Counted from the first letter of the stretch, positions 24,144 through 39,100 are shown. The stretch: DNA of 64,000 nt from Squalus acanthias (GCA_030390025.1 JASTWF010000166.1:682001-746000); one strand, 5' to 3'. Made by a program: numbers and translations. Notes: generated from the letters alone by a model not told the origin.

Positions 24144-27100
24144 CTAAATTAACAAGACGACTTAGAATCCAACATAAACTCAAAGCAGGCTGATGCAATT
24201 CCATAACCAGCCCCACCCCCAACCAAAATCATATATTATGAAATAAAAGATTACAAGCAAATACTTTAATATTTTTGGCTCCTCCGTTTCCTTTTTTCTA
24301 GTCGTTGCACATTTTTAATTATTCGAAGAGAACATGCTCCCTAAATTAGATAACCTGGAGATCTGCCCATTTTTGACTAAACCCAACATTTTTTCCATAA
24401 TCAGAAATAAAAGAGTCAGTTGACACCAAGATCGTATTCAATTCAGAAATGAATCCTCTTTGCCCATTTTGATATTTAACTATCTTGTCTGTCAAAAAAG
24501 TCACAGCCCTGATGGTTATTTATTCTTACTAGCGGTGTGTTGTTGGAATGAACATTGCAATAAAACGGCAAAATGTTCCACAGGAAATTACATTGGCTGC
24601 TTCGTTAACTCTGGAGCAAAATCCTATGCCTTACTAAACCATATGCAGTTCTGCTTGATCACCACCGTTCTCCCTACATATAGATATGTACAATAAACCT
24701 GTTCATTCTTATATTCTATTATATGCCAATGATAAATGAAGTTAGTTCTGGCTTCAGGACCCAATCTATTTTTCATTTTTATTATAATTTAATTTTCCCC
24801 CTTGACTTCTGTCAATCAGGAACAGACCCAATTCTCAATGTTTAATCAGAGATATTATTTTGTGCATTCGGACTAGTATATTCCACACACTGACTACCTG
24901 AAGCATGAACAATTGCACTCTATAATAAATCCTATGAAATTGCAATTTTGGCATTTTTGATCACATTCTCTAAAAAGGAAGGTTGAATAGTTACTCCAGA
25001 TTGCTTTTAGTAGATGATTCACAAGTAGCCCTGTAAAATTTCGATTTCTTTTAAAAAACACTTTAAGGCCATTTTCATACAAATCAAATCTGAATGTTGC
25101 CAAAATTTTAATAGAATCATGGAACCTTGCAACATCTTTTATGGTAAAAGAAAAATTGAGATGGCTGTATCTTTTCATACAAAACGGTGAATTTTGCACA
25201 CTGCAAAGTAATATAAGTTGCGATACTTCAGTTCAAAATTGAGTTTTTACATGCCAGCTGAAGTTTTCAAATTGTAGGTCAAATTACTCCTTCATATAAT
25301 GTTGAAGATTTCACATAATCAGATCTAAATATCCACGTACTGTTGGTAACTTTTCTACTTATTTGTAGTTTGGTATGTTTTTGAACCAAACAAAAAGGTG
25401 CAAGTAAAATTAAAACAGAAAATGCTGGAAATACTCAGCAGGTCAGGCAGCATCTGTGGGGAGAGAAACATTTCAGGTCGATGACCTTTCATTAGAACTG
25501 GAAGAAGGGATTGAACAGTTTTTAAGCAAGTGCAGAGCCAGGGAAAATGTGGAAGGGGGAGGAAAGAACAAAGGGGAAAGGTCTGTGATAGGGTAGAGGG
25601 CAGGAGTGTTAAATCTCTAACTTTTTCCAGTTCTGATGAATGGTCATCAATCTGAAACGTTAACTCGGTTTCTCTCTCCACAGATGCTGCCTGATCCAAG
25701 TGTTACCAGAATTTTCTGTTTTTATTTCAGATTGCCACCATCCGCAATATTTTGCTTTTGTGAAAATGTGTAATTGTGCAAATAAAAAAAAGTAATGTTA
25801 AAAGCATTGAAAATTTTCATGCCTTGTATATAAATCACCTCAAGAATGGGTTTCTACAAGCCACAAGTCTTCTACCTCATTTACAGTTACTCAACTGGGA
25901 GGGGGCGGAGAAAAGAACAAGCAAATTTTTAATCTTAAAACACTTTAGTATGGGAGGATAATTCCTTTCCAGGGTAGGTACTACTATTAAAAAAAATGGA
26001 AAACTGCCTGGTTAAGAAACTTCCCATTTCTGAAATTTCACCCCCAGGTTTGAGTATTGACGAAGTGTTAAGTTTAAAAGTTGGCACAGTAATGACAAAA
26101 CTGTGGGAGATTAGGTGGCAGATTGGATTGTCACACAGGCCTTTCACCCCAGTTAAAATTCAGCCTAGACTAATGGAATGAAAGTCTTTTGTCTGCAGAC
26201 TATAAAAATTTTGAAGTGAAGCAAGTTTGGGCAGCCTCAGCACTGTGCCCAAGGGCTGTGGGCCTACAGTAGCCTTGAAACTGGCAATCTCCCTCCAGAG
26301 CCCAAAAGGATGGCTGATTCAAGAATTGTTAAAATTCACAATGGTGCAGTCAATGGTGCTTGAGAGATTGGATTTAAGGGATATTGCTGAGACAGAAAGG
26401 AAGAAACTTTACTGTTCTAGTACTTGGCTGTACTATGCTTTGTCTGAGAGTACTGAATATTGACAGATGATAAAACGGGTGAGGACTTCACGATGAAAAC
26501 ATAATTCACTCCTCCTGCCAAAACAAATTAAAGAAATTTGGTAAAAAAACAATACTTACTGTGACATCGATGGTCTTTGGTAGTATACTTGTCTTAAACC
26601 AGGGAAAGACCTCGGAGAGTTCTATTTTTTGCTCCTCGGTGAATTTAGGTTGGTTTCTCTGCATCATTTTCAGCTTCTCTCTGTCCTCCTTTAGAACTGT
26701 TTCAATGTCCCTGAATTGTAACAATCATGATCAGCAAACTAATTGCACAGCACGTATAAACTTGCGTAGCAAAATATTAAAAAGCAAACCGGTCAATAAT
26801 ATTTGTACTTAACATATGAATCATAGTCGCTTAACAAGGTGACCACTCCAAAATGCCATGAGTCAATGTAAAAAAAAAACTAATCACACTTCAGCACTGA
26901 AATTTCGCTGCGCAATCCTTGCACATGATGCTTAACCTGTCAGTTGATAACTCTTTCTGCCATTTTAGTGAAGGCATAACCCATTTAAACTAGTCGGGTT
27001 AACACTCCGGGTAAAATGAAGAATAATTTCAAATGAGCACATTAACTGTTCAAATGCTAGTATCAGTGGGTTTGTACTGCCCTCTGCAAGCCTTAACTCA

Positions 27101-30100
27101 GCTATGATGCTTTGGTGTACTAATTCCCCATTTATTTCCCCAATATCTGAAGCACTGAGTGAGACCTATAACCTTTTTAAAAATTTTCTACAACTTGCTC
27201 CTACTATCAGCGGAGTTATATTAGACTATTTGGATAACTTTACATCTTGAAATGCAAATTCCACCATGAGACTTGTATGCAACAATTGTATGCAGGGAAT
27301 TACTGCAATGCCCGAAATCTAAATGTGGGGGTTAAGAATAAGTCCCAGTCATCTATCACAGATAACTAAAACATTTAGCAACTGAAACCAAGCCTAACAT
27401 CTGCTGGATTGCTGTCGCATGGTTGTAATATAATAAAGCATTAAAAAAAAAGTACATACTGGAACAGAACGCAACTGTATTCAGCACAGATAATTTCCAA
27501 AACACCTGCTGTAATTATCAAATTGCTTATCTTTTTGTGCAAGAATTATTCCATATCATGGAGCACAGATTGCTGGCTAACAGCTAATGTTGGCACAAAA
27601 GCAGACCATAAATCAGAAATCCATTTATAGTACATATAATTTACTTTATAACAGATAGCAGGGACTGATTTGAAAATGGTTCTCTTGTCTCTGGAGTTCA
27701 GAGGGTTATAAACTGCTTAATGTGGTGCTGGCTCTTTGATATTATCCAAAACCAAAGATTAGATTACTACCTTGCAATCGTCACCAGGTATCTTTTATTC
27801 TTTACAGAGAATTGCATTCAGAGAGCAATTAAATTATTTAACCATTGTCAGGAATAGAAACCCTATAAGCTCCCCAGGCAGATTAGTAGGACTGACATAA
27901 ACTCTGATCCTTAGTCTGCAGTTAATTAATCTCACCCAGGGCAAAGATTGGAGCACCCCTAAATGTGTCCAGGACCGCAGGGCCTGGAGTGGTGGGAATA
28001 AATGGGGAGGGAGGGGGTGGAAGGGAAATAAAATAAAAATCAGCCAGGTGTCAACTCCTATGCGGGGAGCCTGGCCTGGCATGTGTGCATGTCGGGTGAA
28101 GACGAGATCATGCGTGTGTCTGATGTCCTCCATGGTTGACTAGACTGCCACTCAATCACCGCCTAGCCTACATGCACACGGGTAGCCATGTTGATGAAAT
28201 AACAGAACTGCCAATGACCATGGAATTATACCACAGCAAGAGTCAGCACAGTCAGCAAAAAGGAGGAAATAAAAAACTGGAGTATAAGGAGCACTGTTTA
28301 ATATAGTGATGCGCCTGATACAGAAACCATGCTGCAAAAATAGTTCTGTCGAACATATGCAATTCCAATTTCTCATGCCCTCAGAAGAAAATAGGTCTTG
28401 CCGATATTTCTCCCGCCATTAGAGTACTGTTGTTCGAATATAGTGATGACCCTGCTGCAGTCAGAGACCATGGGGTAGATTTTCAACTTGCCACCTGAGC
28501 GTAAAACTGGCCTTGCAGATCGGCTGCCTGTTACAGAAACTGCCTGATTTTTATTTCGATGAAATCAACCGAAATAAAAACTGGGTGTTTTTCTATAACA
28601 GGCAGCTGATCCCGCAACACCAGTTTTAGACCTGGAAGATCTACCCCATGCTGCAAGAATAGTTCAGTTAAATATACACTATTCCAATTTCTCATGCCAT
28701 CAGTATATAAATTGGCCTTCCTGATATTTTTCCCTCCAATAGAGTAGCTATTTGAGATTCCCTTTTCTCTTACAGGCAACACACACTATTCCTGTATCTC
28801 TAGTGGAGAAATGCACTTTTCCAAACACAAAAGGTTTGCTTTTCACAGGATAGAGGAAGGAGGCAGGAAAGGTTAAATAAGATTATTGGGCAACTGTAGG
28901 CTACCAAATGGTCAACATTCTAACAAGTTATAAAAAGGAGATATCTATTTATTCCTCAGTCATCTCTTAACAAGTTTGTGCTTCAAAACTACCAGACAGA
29001 GGCAGCTTGGTAGCAAACAACAAGTAGCACCTCCTCTGACGTGACATCATTAAGTCGCGAACTGCACAGAATCCACCATTTTTGTTCAGTGGGTCAATTG
29101 AGCAGACTTTCAGATGATCACAGCAAGGAATTTCAAAATAAAATGTCAGTCTTGAGGCAGTCTCTACAGGTTTAAAATCATAAGCTATAGTAACATAAAA
29201 AACATTGGGATTAATGCAACGGTAACATTTAGGGTTAAGTGAAAATTGAGCAAAATAAGTTTCCCCTTAAAATTTTAGCATAATCGCAGACTGTCAGACA
29301 CACTGCTACCAGAATGGAGAGCTTTTTGAAATACCACTCTACAAAATCTCCACTTGGATTTTCAGCACTCACCTCGATGGAAGTTGGTAGGTCATCATGG
29401 TTCTCTCATCTGTATTCGCCATCGATAGCCAGACCGGGTCCTGGATGACACAATTAGTGAAGTGGACAATCTTCTCGGTGCTTGTTCTTATTTTTGACTT
29501 GTGGTCATTCTCAGAAGAGTCAATGCTTCCAAAATATTTGCTGGTGTTGCTTAGATGGCTACTTCCTAATAATGATTTAAAAAAGAACTCAATTTAGAGG
29601 AAAATAATCGTCAGTCAGTCAGTCAGACTAAAGAACAAAAACACAAGGAAACATAGAATTAATAAAGGCTATTCTGTCGATAAGGCTTGCTCCATCCACA
29701 GGAATATGCAATCTTCCTTAAAATGGAGTTTATCCCATTTCATCACCAAAGGGCAAGTTCTATAAAGCTTCCTTGGACAACCCAGCCTGCCCATATGCGC
29801 CATGGAGTATTTAATCAACACTTAAGTTAAAGGTTTAAGTCCATAGACTATGTAGGGAAACTGATCCCCGTCATGCCTCGTTTTTGGCCGTACAATTTCC
29901 GGGCGCAACCTCTCGCACCCGATTCCCCCCAGAAGTATGCCTTCTGACAAATTGGTAGCCGTAACTTCAGAGTGGCTGCAGCACCTGCCTAAAACAGGAG
30001 TTAGGCGGCTTGAATATGCCAATCAGGGACCTGGTTGTGACATGAGTCGGTAATTGGTTGAGAGATAGAAGGCAGAGCGTAGGGATAAAGTGAGCGGAAT

Positions 30101-33100
30101 CCGATTGGCAGGATGTGATCCAAGTTTGCAGATGACACTAAGTTGTGCAGATGGGAGCAGGAAATTACAAAAAGGGACATAGACAGATTAAGTGAGTGGA
30201 CAAAACAGTGTGTGAACAACCCACACACGGGTAGATCTTGACTTTGTGCGACAGTGTAAAACAGGCGATAGCGAATCCGCAGCCTGTTTTACATCTCTCT
30301 CGATTTTAAAAATCAGGAGAGTTGCAAGGCTGCCAACTCGCTTTTGCCCGTGTTACACTATTGCTCAAAGTCAAGATCTACACAACAGGCTCCAACTGTG
30401 AGCAGCAGTCAGAAAACCTACATCACTGAGGCTAATTCAGGGTTCCGAACAGTATACCCACTCTACAGCTCTAGCATTCTATATGGGCAAATCAGGAAAA
30501 GTAGGGAGCACTCACCAGGATAACGAAGAGAGATTTATTTCAGAAATTGAACTAACCTCTCAAGTCAGCTGAAAATGACTGGAGTTTGCACACAGGAAAC
30601 TGACAATTGTGTAAAAGTTTCTTTACAATAAAAGGAATAAATAACACTATTCTTTTCGCCCCATCCATAAACCCATCAAATGAACCTAGTAGTGCGGTAA
30701 TGTCTTCGCTTGTATTAATTTTGATTTGCAGCATGGTGGGTGGGGGGGGGGGGGGGGGGGGGAAAGAGAGGAAGTACTTCAAACTTGTGGCCATTTTTAA
30801 CCTTTGGTAAATCAAAGCAGATGTCAAAACTCTGCGACAGTAGAAACCATTATCTGTATGAAGTTACCTGTGTCAGTTCCTGACATTCCACAACCATTAG
30901 ATGGAGAACCTGAAGAACCCGAGGCTGTCGATCCGGCACTCCCTGAGCCTGATAGAGAATCCTGAAGTAACAGGTCCAGTAGGTCAGTAGAAGTGGAGTG
31001 AGCATCACTATTCTGGGCTTTAACAGGAGATTCAGCCTTTAGAAAACAAAGCAAATTAATTCAGAAATGTTTAGCCTACTGGCAGTCAATCATTTTACCA
31101 ATTATAATTTCAAACTGCGGCAATGACCAGAGTATTCAGTAGCAGATGCTTTGGATTGAATGGCACTGCAGTGTACAACATTCGTGAACCAACATGCTAT
31201 ACCAAGTAATGGGAGGACACAGGTACACCCACAATGTAAATTCTGCGACCTGTCTTTGCCACCTTGTAAGTTATCCTCCTGGGAACACAGTAGAGTATTA
31301 ACAGAGGCCTGGGTTTAGGGCACTCATCAGTCCACTCGTTTCAGGAATTGGTGGCAGGGGGAGAGAGAGAGAAAGAGAAAAAAAGGGAAGCAACAGGGAA
31401 AGAAAATTTGTGTCAAGACCCAACACAGTGAAGATGGTCAGATCCATTCAGTTCTGTGACCACTGTTAGCATACAGGGCAAACACTGGTGACGTCTGAGA
31501 CTACAGCAATAATGCAAAAACAGAATATATTTTCTCTCACACTTCAGGAATACGGTATCTCCCAGGAAGAGGAATCTTTTCATTTATATCCATTTTAAAA
31601 GCCAGAACAGTTAACTTTTTAAGGGTACTGATGTTATGAAGAAAAATGCTAAAACAAATGATTTGTCAAACGAAATGTGATGAGATTCTCCACTAGTTTG
31701 TATATAATGATGAAAATCACTGCCTTTTCCCCAACCCCAATAGCAACTTCAGCACTGATGGATAGTTTTATATAACAGCCCATTGTGCCTGAGGTGGTGC
31801 TCGCTCCACATTTCATGCTCTTGCGCTGTATTCTTCAATATTTAACCCGATGTATTTATCTTAATTCCCTTCTAAATGTCATGATCAACCCAGTTTCAAT
31901 AGCCACTTGCAGTGCATTCCATACCCTAATAACCCTTTCCATGTAAATTTTCTTCTAACCTCTCCCTTTATGCTTCTTGTACTAATTCCAATTCTATATC
32001 CTTTTATCCATAATTTTGCTATTCGGCCTCTCAAATCCTTTCATACTTCTGAACAGTTATTAGATCCCCCTCCTTAAATTATTCTGTCCCAGTGAATACA
32101 GTCCTAATTTTTCCAAGTCTCTTTGCGAGGAAAAGTGGACATCCAGCAGCCTGGGAGAACTATAAAAAAAAACAAAAAAAAAGGGACACAAAGAAAGTAA
32201 TGATGTTAAAAAATGGAGCAGATATCAAAGCTAACACTAAAAGTTTTTATAAATATATCAAGAGAAAGAAACAGGTAAAGGGGGAGGTGGGCCCATTAAA
32301 GATAGGTGCAGGTGATACTATAATGGATAATAAGGAAATGGCAGACTTGCTAAATGAACACTTTGTATCTTTTTTTTTTAAACAGTAGAGGCAGAGGACA
32401 AAACACAAGGGAAACCTAAAAATAAGTCAAGGAGGAACTTATTGTATTTAATACAATGAAAAAATGGTAATGGAGAAAATAAAAGGGACTTAAGATAGAC
32501 AAATCTCCGAGATCTGATGGTTTCCATCCTAGGGTATTGAAAGAAACAGGTGGGGAAATTATAGATGCATTAGTGCACAGCTCTCAAAATCTGGAATTGT
32601 GTTTTTGGATTGGGAAATCACAAATGTCACTCCAGTATTTAAGAAAGGAGGGAGAGAGAAACCAGGAAACTACAGACCTGTCAGCTTAATGCCAGTTGTG
32701 GGGAAATTACTGGAATCTAACAGCAGTGACAGTGTGACTGAGCACTTGGACAATATAAGTTGCTCAAAGAGAGTCAGCATGGATTTGTGAAAGGTAGCTC
32801 ATGTCTGACTAATCTAGGTGAATTTTCTGAGGAGTTCATGACATGGTGGACAGGGGAGTGTCTATGGATGTTGTCTATATGGACTTCCAGAAGGCATTTG
32901 ATAAGGTACCGCACAAGACATTATTAGCAAAAATAAAAGCGCAAAGAATTGGAGGCAGCCTTGAGGTAGGAAACTAAGTGTAGCTGTTAAAGGGAATGTA
33001 GTCTGATTGGCAGGATGCGACAAAGTAATGTTCCCCAGGGATCTATACTGGGACCTCAGCTTTTCACCATATTTATCAGTGACTTGGATGTAGGAAGAGA

Positions 33101-36100
33101 GAGTTGTATATCCAAGTTTATAGATGACACTAAATTAGGAGGCACAGTAAATTGTGTAGATAGAAACAGGAAGCTACAAAGAGACATAGGCCCAAAAATT
33201 AGTGCCGCTACGCGAGAGTGTGCACTGTGTACTCTCGCATATTCTGTCTCCAATTGCCGGTTTTCTGCATGCACTGCGCATGCGCTGAAAACCGGCACTT
33301 GGTGAATTCAAAAGGGGGCGGTTCCTAGGTGAACCGCGTGCGCGCTACAGGCTGCGCGCACGCAGTGCACTTAGTGCTTTGAACGCGCAGGTAAGCATGG
33401 AACATTTTAGACAAAGAAAGGAGGCGCAAGACCCTCTTTTAACAAGGTAAGTAGTTAATTAAGTATTATTTTGAATTTTTTTTAACAGGTATATCTTTTT
33501 TAGAGACTTTAAAGACAGGTAAGTTTATTTTTATAACTTTTTAAAAGATTTAAAATGTTTTCAAAAATTTAAATTTTTGTTTAAAATGGTTAATTTATTT
33601 AACTATACTTATTTTATTAATGTGATGGTTTTTTTAAAAATTTAATTGAGGTTTAGCTGTTCTTTTGGGGGGGTATAGATTCATAGCTTTCACAGCACTT
33701 ATGTGAAAGCTATGAATGAAAGATGGTGTGCTGCCATTGGCTCTAACTGAGTCACGTGATCCCACAGCTCGCACGAATTAACTACGCCTGTGGGATACGG
33801 AAGCCCTGCACAGCTGCTGTCCAGAACATCGAGTTCGTGCGAGCTCGGACTGAAAAAGCCAGCGCGCAGTGAGAGATCGCGGGGAGGCCTTACCCTCGCA
33901 CGAAGGCTCCCTCACGAATTTTTGGGCCATACAGATTAAGTGAGTGGGTAAACTGTGGCAGATAAGAGTTCAATGTGTGGCAGTGTGAGGTCATCCATTT
34001 TTTTTCCCTTTTCACACTAAATATAAACTCTGGGGAAAAAAAGGTTTTTAAATTGGCAATAAAACCAACTTTAAAAGGTCCTTAGGTATATTTATTTTCT
34101 GGGTTTCTCCCCCATCCCCCCAAAATGTAATACATCACATTTAACTTCACTGAATTATAAAATCTTACTAAACATTTTTTGATGACATTGCTCCTTTAAC
34201 ACCATTTTGCTATTTATATGCTCACTTTATCCCCACCGTCTTAATTCAGTTGTTTTATATTTAAACAGTGAGTGACAATGACATCTCCAGGAAATTCCAG
34301 CTTGTCGGATTGTACTAAGACAGGCATGGTAACAGAACTGAATTGAAGGAAAAGGCAAAGCCAAGGGTATGTGTTTATTAATAACAAGCACTTAGTCAAA
34401 GAATACCTCCGACAGGTCTGCTGAAGAAGAGGGCGTATCCAGAGCTTCCTGTGGGGCCCGCTAAATATAAACATCGCCCCAAAAAACTTTAGCTCCTTCA
34501 GGTTAGGTACCATAAACTATTCCAAGTACAGGAGTTAAAAAAACTTATTTGGTTACCTAATCATGCATCATCATATCTTTTTCAGTTTTTAAGATCAGTA
34601 GTCTTATTAAATCTGACCAAGATTTAATAAAGAGTCAAAGCCTTTTTCACCCTTTATTTTCTTTCACCCTGGGGCTAAAGATAGCTTTAGACATTGGGTC
34701 GGTGGGACTTTTGACTGCTACAGCCAGTTTCTACTTTTCTCTTAATTTTTAACCATCTCTGAATATCTCTTAATCTCTCCTGCCTTCCATCCTATCACAG
34801 ACCTTCCTTTTTGTTCTTTTCTCCCCTCCTCCCTTTCCCTGCCCCTGCACTTGCTTAAAAACCTGTTCCATCTCCAGCTTTTTCCAGTTCTGACGAAGGG
34901 TCATCGGCCTGAAACGTTAACTCTGTTTCTCTCTCCACAGATGCTGCCTGACCTGCTGAGTATTTCCAGCATTTTATGTTTTTATTTCTACTTTTCTCTC
35001 CTCTTTCTTCTACCTCTCTTCACACTACAAAACATTCAATGCCTATAAAATGAAAAAAATAGGCATTGAGATTTTCGGTGCCTTAAAAAAAAAATTAACA
35101 CAAGAATCCAATATGAATTGTAGGGAAAGATTTTATATGTTTTAAATTTCTAAGCCACTTACCAGTTCTGCTTCATCCTTTGCAATGATGTCCGCATTTG
35201 TAACGTTGGTACTGTTGCCCAACACTCCTCCATCAGCCATTGATCCATTACCACCTACAATTCCAACAAATGCAACTCCTGACGATTTGGGCATTTCTTC
35301 CAACTGCAGCAAGTTCAGCTGCAAAGGTGAACTGCACCTGGACTGGAATAACGGAGGGGACGCGTGGCCTTGTGGTCCTACAGATTGTGGAGTACAGCAA
35401 CACGACGGGGCACCTCGAGATTCTGAGGCACGTGCCTTCTCACCTTCTGCTGCTGGATCATAATGTGATGCGAACTGTGGCTGAGGCTGGAATGAAGTCG
35501 GTGTAGAAAATGGCGTTTGTGGCAGAAAGGCCAGTTGTGAAGGGAATGGCGACTGAGCCGCAAAAAATGGCCGGTGCACAGTGTCATTCATCTGAGGCAG
35601 TGCGTAATTAGGGAGCACGAATGCCACCATAGGAGTTACCAGGGGTGCAGAGTATTGTGGAGGCTGAGTGGTGCCATGAATACTCTGAGCATTTTCAAAG
35701 TTGGCCAGAGATGGGTCAATAACAGGAGGCATGCCTCCATGGGCAGAAAATACTGGCAGTTGATAGGTTGGCATAACTGTTGTAAACGGTATAGCAGAAT
35801 ATCTAGTCTGAGAGGCAGCAGATGGGGACCAAGAGGGAAGTCTATGATGGTTAGTGCGAGATGCAGTACTGTCAGATGATTCCTGCTGCTTGATGCGTTT
35901 TGATTTAAGCTTCCTATTCTTCCCACCTTTTTTGTACACAGGTTCTGCACGATTCCAGCCAGGTTTAAATCCTCGAGAGCCTGTAGTACGAGGAAACAGT
36001 CAGAAAGGTTGTCGGGATTCACTTCAAATTTTGTTTTGAACATTTTTACAGATGAAAATAAGCAGCTAAAGTGAGACAGATGGATTGACACAAATATTGT

Positions 36101-39100
36101 TGCCACAACTGTTGATGAAGTGGAAATTTTTAAATTGACATTATAACCCAACTCTTTCACCCTTACAGCTGTTGGCGACAGGAGACCGACAGATCTTCAA
36201 GAACTATTTCAGAAGCTTATTTTACTACAGCAACTTTTGGAAAAGTTGCGAGAACAGACAAGGCTTCATGGCATTATTGGTGCGTCATAATAAAAGGAGA
36301 AGGAAAATAACTCGTCAAACCGGGTGATTTAGTATTCCCTATCACCTTGGATTAAAAGATCAAAACACCACCATCAATATGAACATGCCTTCATATTAGT
36401 TTGAGTACTAGGATTGTTAGATTTAGTCTTCAAAAGTTTTATTCACAAAGGATGTGATTCTGGAAAAAAGTGTGGTCAAAATTTACCATACAATTTCAAA
36501 AACATACAGGGGGCCCATTTCCCCCGGATACTTTAGGCGCTAAAGCGCCTCTGGAGGTGGCCAAGATGGGGTATTAAGCTGAAACGCCGGTTTAGCCTGT
36601 GTTTAGCACAAGACACCATCTTGGTGAAGGAGGTGCCGCTTGCGCTAGGAACGGCTGCCTGGAGGATTGTTAAGGGGCTGACTGCCAATTACATTGCCTG
36701 CGAGTACTCATTAATGAGGCTGCACTTTGGTGGCTAGCACTTGAACTAATGTCCTCTCCTAACAGCGACCAGCTGACTGGGAGTAAACCAGTCGTTGCTG
36801 AGGATTTCGAGCACTACTTAAGGTATATCACCTTTTACTGTTCACTTGCTGCTGGAGGTTTGAAGAGAACTTTTGAAACACATTGGGCGACTTTCTGGGT
36901 CACACTTCCCCAACACTCTTAACAACATTTACTCTGGAAATTCTCCGAGGACTTCACCTAAAAAGAGTAAGTGCTGTGCTACTCGACCTTATTGGAGTTA
37001 CCAAGAGAAAGGGAGTGCTTGGTCATGGGCATCTTGCTAGGGGACCCCTTGGTCTGTAGGAGAAATGGGAGGCAGACTTGAGGCCAGGCAGAGCAGCACC
37101 TGCTGCTGCAGGAGAGGGGGACAGGAGGGCAAGGTGGACTCCTTCCCCCTGCAGGTATAGGACATCCCTCCTCCTCTGGACCTCCTCCACCAGGACCCCC
37201 AATGCCACGTCCAAGAACCTGTGCGCCCTCTCCCTCGGTCCCTGAACCATCCTGAAAATTGCTGCTGTCAGCCAGAGCACTCCACACCTTCAGTGGAAGT
37301 GGGTGCGTGGAGCCCACGTATACTGCTCCACAAAAATGGTGTCTAATCAGCACACGATTGCTAAACCTGCAGGTGTCTGTTTCAGCACCTCCAGGCAAGT
37401 TCAAATTATGGTAATCAGCAATTAGGCCCAAAATGGCATACTAGAACCAGACTTTCAAACAGGCGTGTCTTATTAGCACAGCACCCATTTAGCACCTGTT
37501 TTCACCCTTTCACCAAAATAATCCCCACAATTTATGAGCGGCATGGGGGGTCCCCGAGATACAAATTAATTTGTATCAAACTTTTTTTTTTTTTAAAACT
37601 GTACCAAATATATTACATTGCAAATTGTTATATGATAATGGGGCAATTTCCATCTATTACAGTCAAAACATCCATGTTCTCCGACATTAGCTACACTTTT
37701 TGTACCTCTAAAAAAAATTGATTCATAAATGAGATATATATTGTATTTGATCTATCATATGCAGTATTTTAGCGTACAGAAAGTGTAACAGTACATTGAG
37801 CCTCATCCTTCCCCTTCTCACATACTACATCAACAGCTCTTATACTGTATCCCACTTTGCACTTTTACAACTGAATGGAGGAAATAAAAGGAAGCCGTGT
37901 TTGTAGGTTCTTACCATAATCTCCTGAACATCCTTTGCATTGTTCGTGCAAATATGATTTGCAAGGAGCTTCAAATGTTTTTAGTTTACTTAGCTCCTTG
38001 AACTTGCTCAAGAATATCTGCTCTTCTTTCTGTGTATGAGCAGCTAAAACCTCTTTGGTGAGGCCAAGTTTCTTGTACGGTTCCTTTTCCTGGTTCACAG
38101 AAGGTGCAGTGGTGACCAGTGTAGCAGATGCCACGTTCTCTGCTGGATCAGCAATGCCAAGCCCATCCTCCAACAGGATTTCTATCAAATTTCAAGTTTA
38201 GAATTGTAGTTTAAGAAAGTGCAACATTTTTATATTATGGCAAACATATGCAAAAAATCTGATTTAGCAGTGGACAAAAGCTTAGGTTGGTGCCAAGTCA
38301 TATAAGCCAAGTATGATCTTAACTAGGGTCCCAAGGTCGCAGTACGGTTGCTTCAATTAGTATCAGTTCTCCTGAGCTGGGGTGGAGGGGAACAATAGGC
38401 ACCCCTGCTACTAAGTGCGTATAATGTGTGTGTGCGTTATGATGTATCAAATATAGCTACGGTGGCTTATAATGTTTGAATACCCTGAAACATTCATTAC
38501 TTCATGAAGAGTGGCTAACTGGAAGAGGTGGGCGGTCAACATGAATGGAACTTTACCCTAGAAGGAGTTTGTGCCTTTAGAAGGGGGAAGCAACTGGAGA
38601 TTAAAAAATAAACTTCACTTAATGTTACAAAAACAATTTGCATTTATATAGTGCCTTTAACATAGTAAAATGCTCCAAGACACGTCACAGGAGCGATTAT
38701 CAAACAAAAGAAATTGGAAACGGACGATTGCTAGTCTATCACACTGTAGAACTAAAATTGATTTTGACAAAATGATGCTTAAAGCAGTTCATTACTACAT
38801 TTTTAACTTGATAAAGTTAGTTCAGTTTTGAAAATGCTTTTTATTTAAAAAAAGTAACATTTTTAAAAAGACTCACAATTAGGAATGATTAAACTGTCCC
38901 ACCCCTACAGTTTGAGGATTTGTGTTTTCTTTCCATGTTTCAAAGTTTGTTTAGAGTGTGTGGAAGGATTACAACAACAACCTGCATTTATATAGCACCT
39001 TTAATGCAGTAAAACGTCCCAACTCGCTTCACAGGAGCATTATCAAACAAAATTTGACACCGAGCCATATAAGGAGATATTAGCTTGGTCAAAGAGGTAG

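Noticed and set aside
25117-25200. Alternative terminal exon (ttactttgcag|[10 protein letters not shown]...CCKVP*)
   Set aside because: Plausible in-phase acceptor but no similarity to PER C-termini; the exon at 23937-24143 fits better. It cannot be excluded without RNA data.
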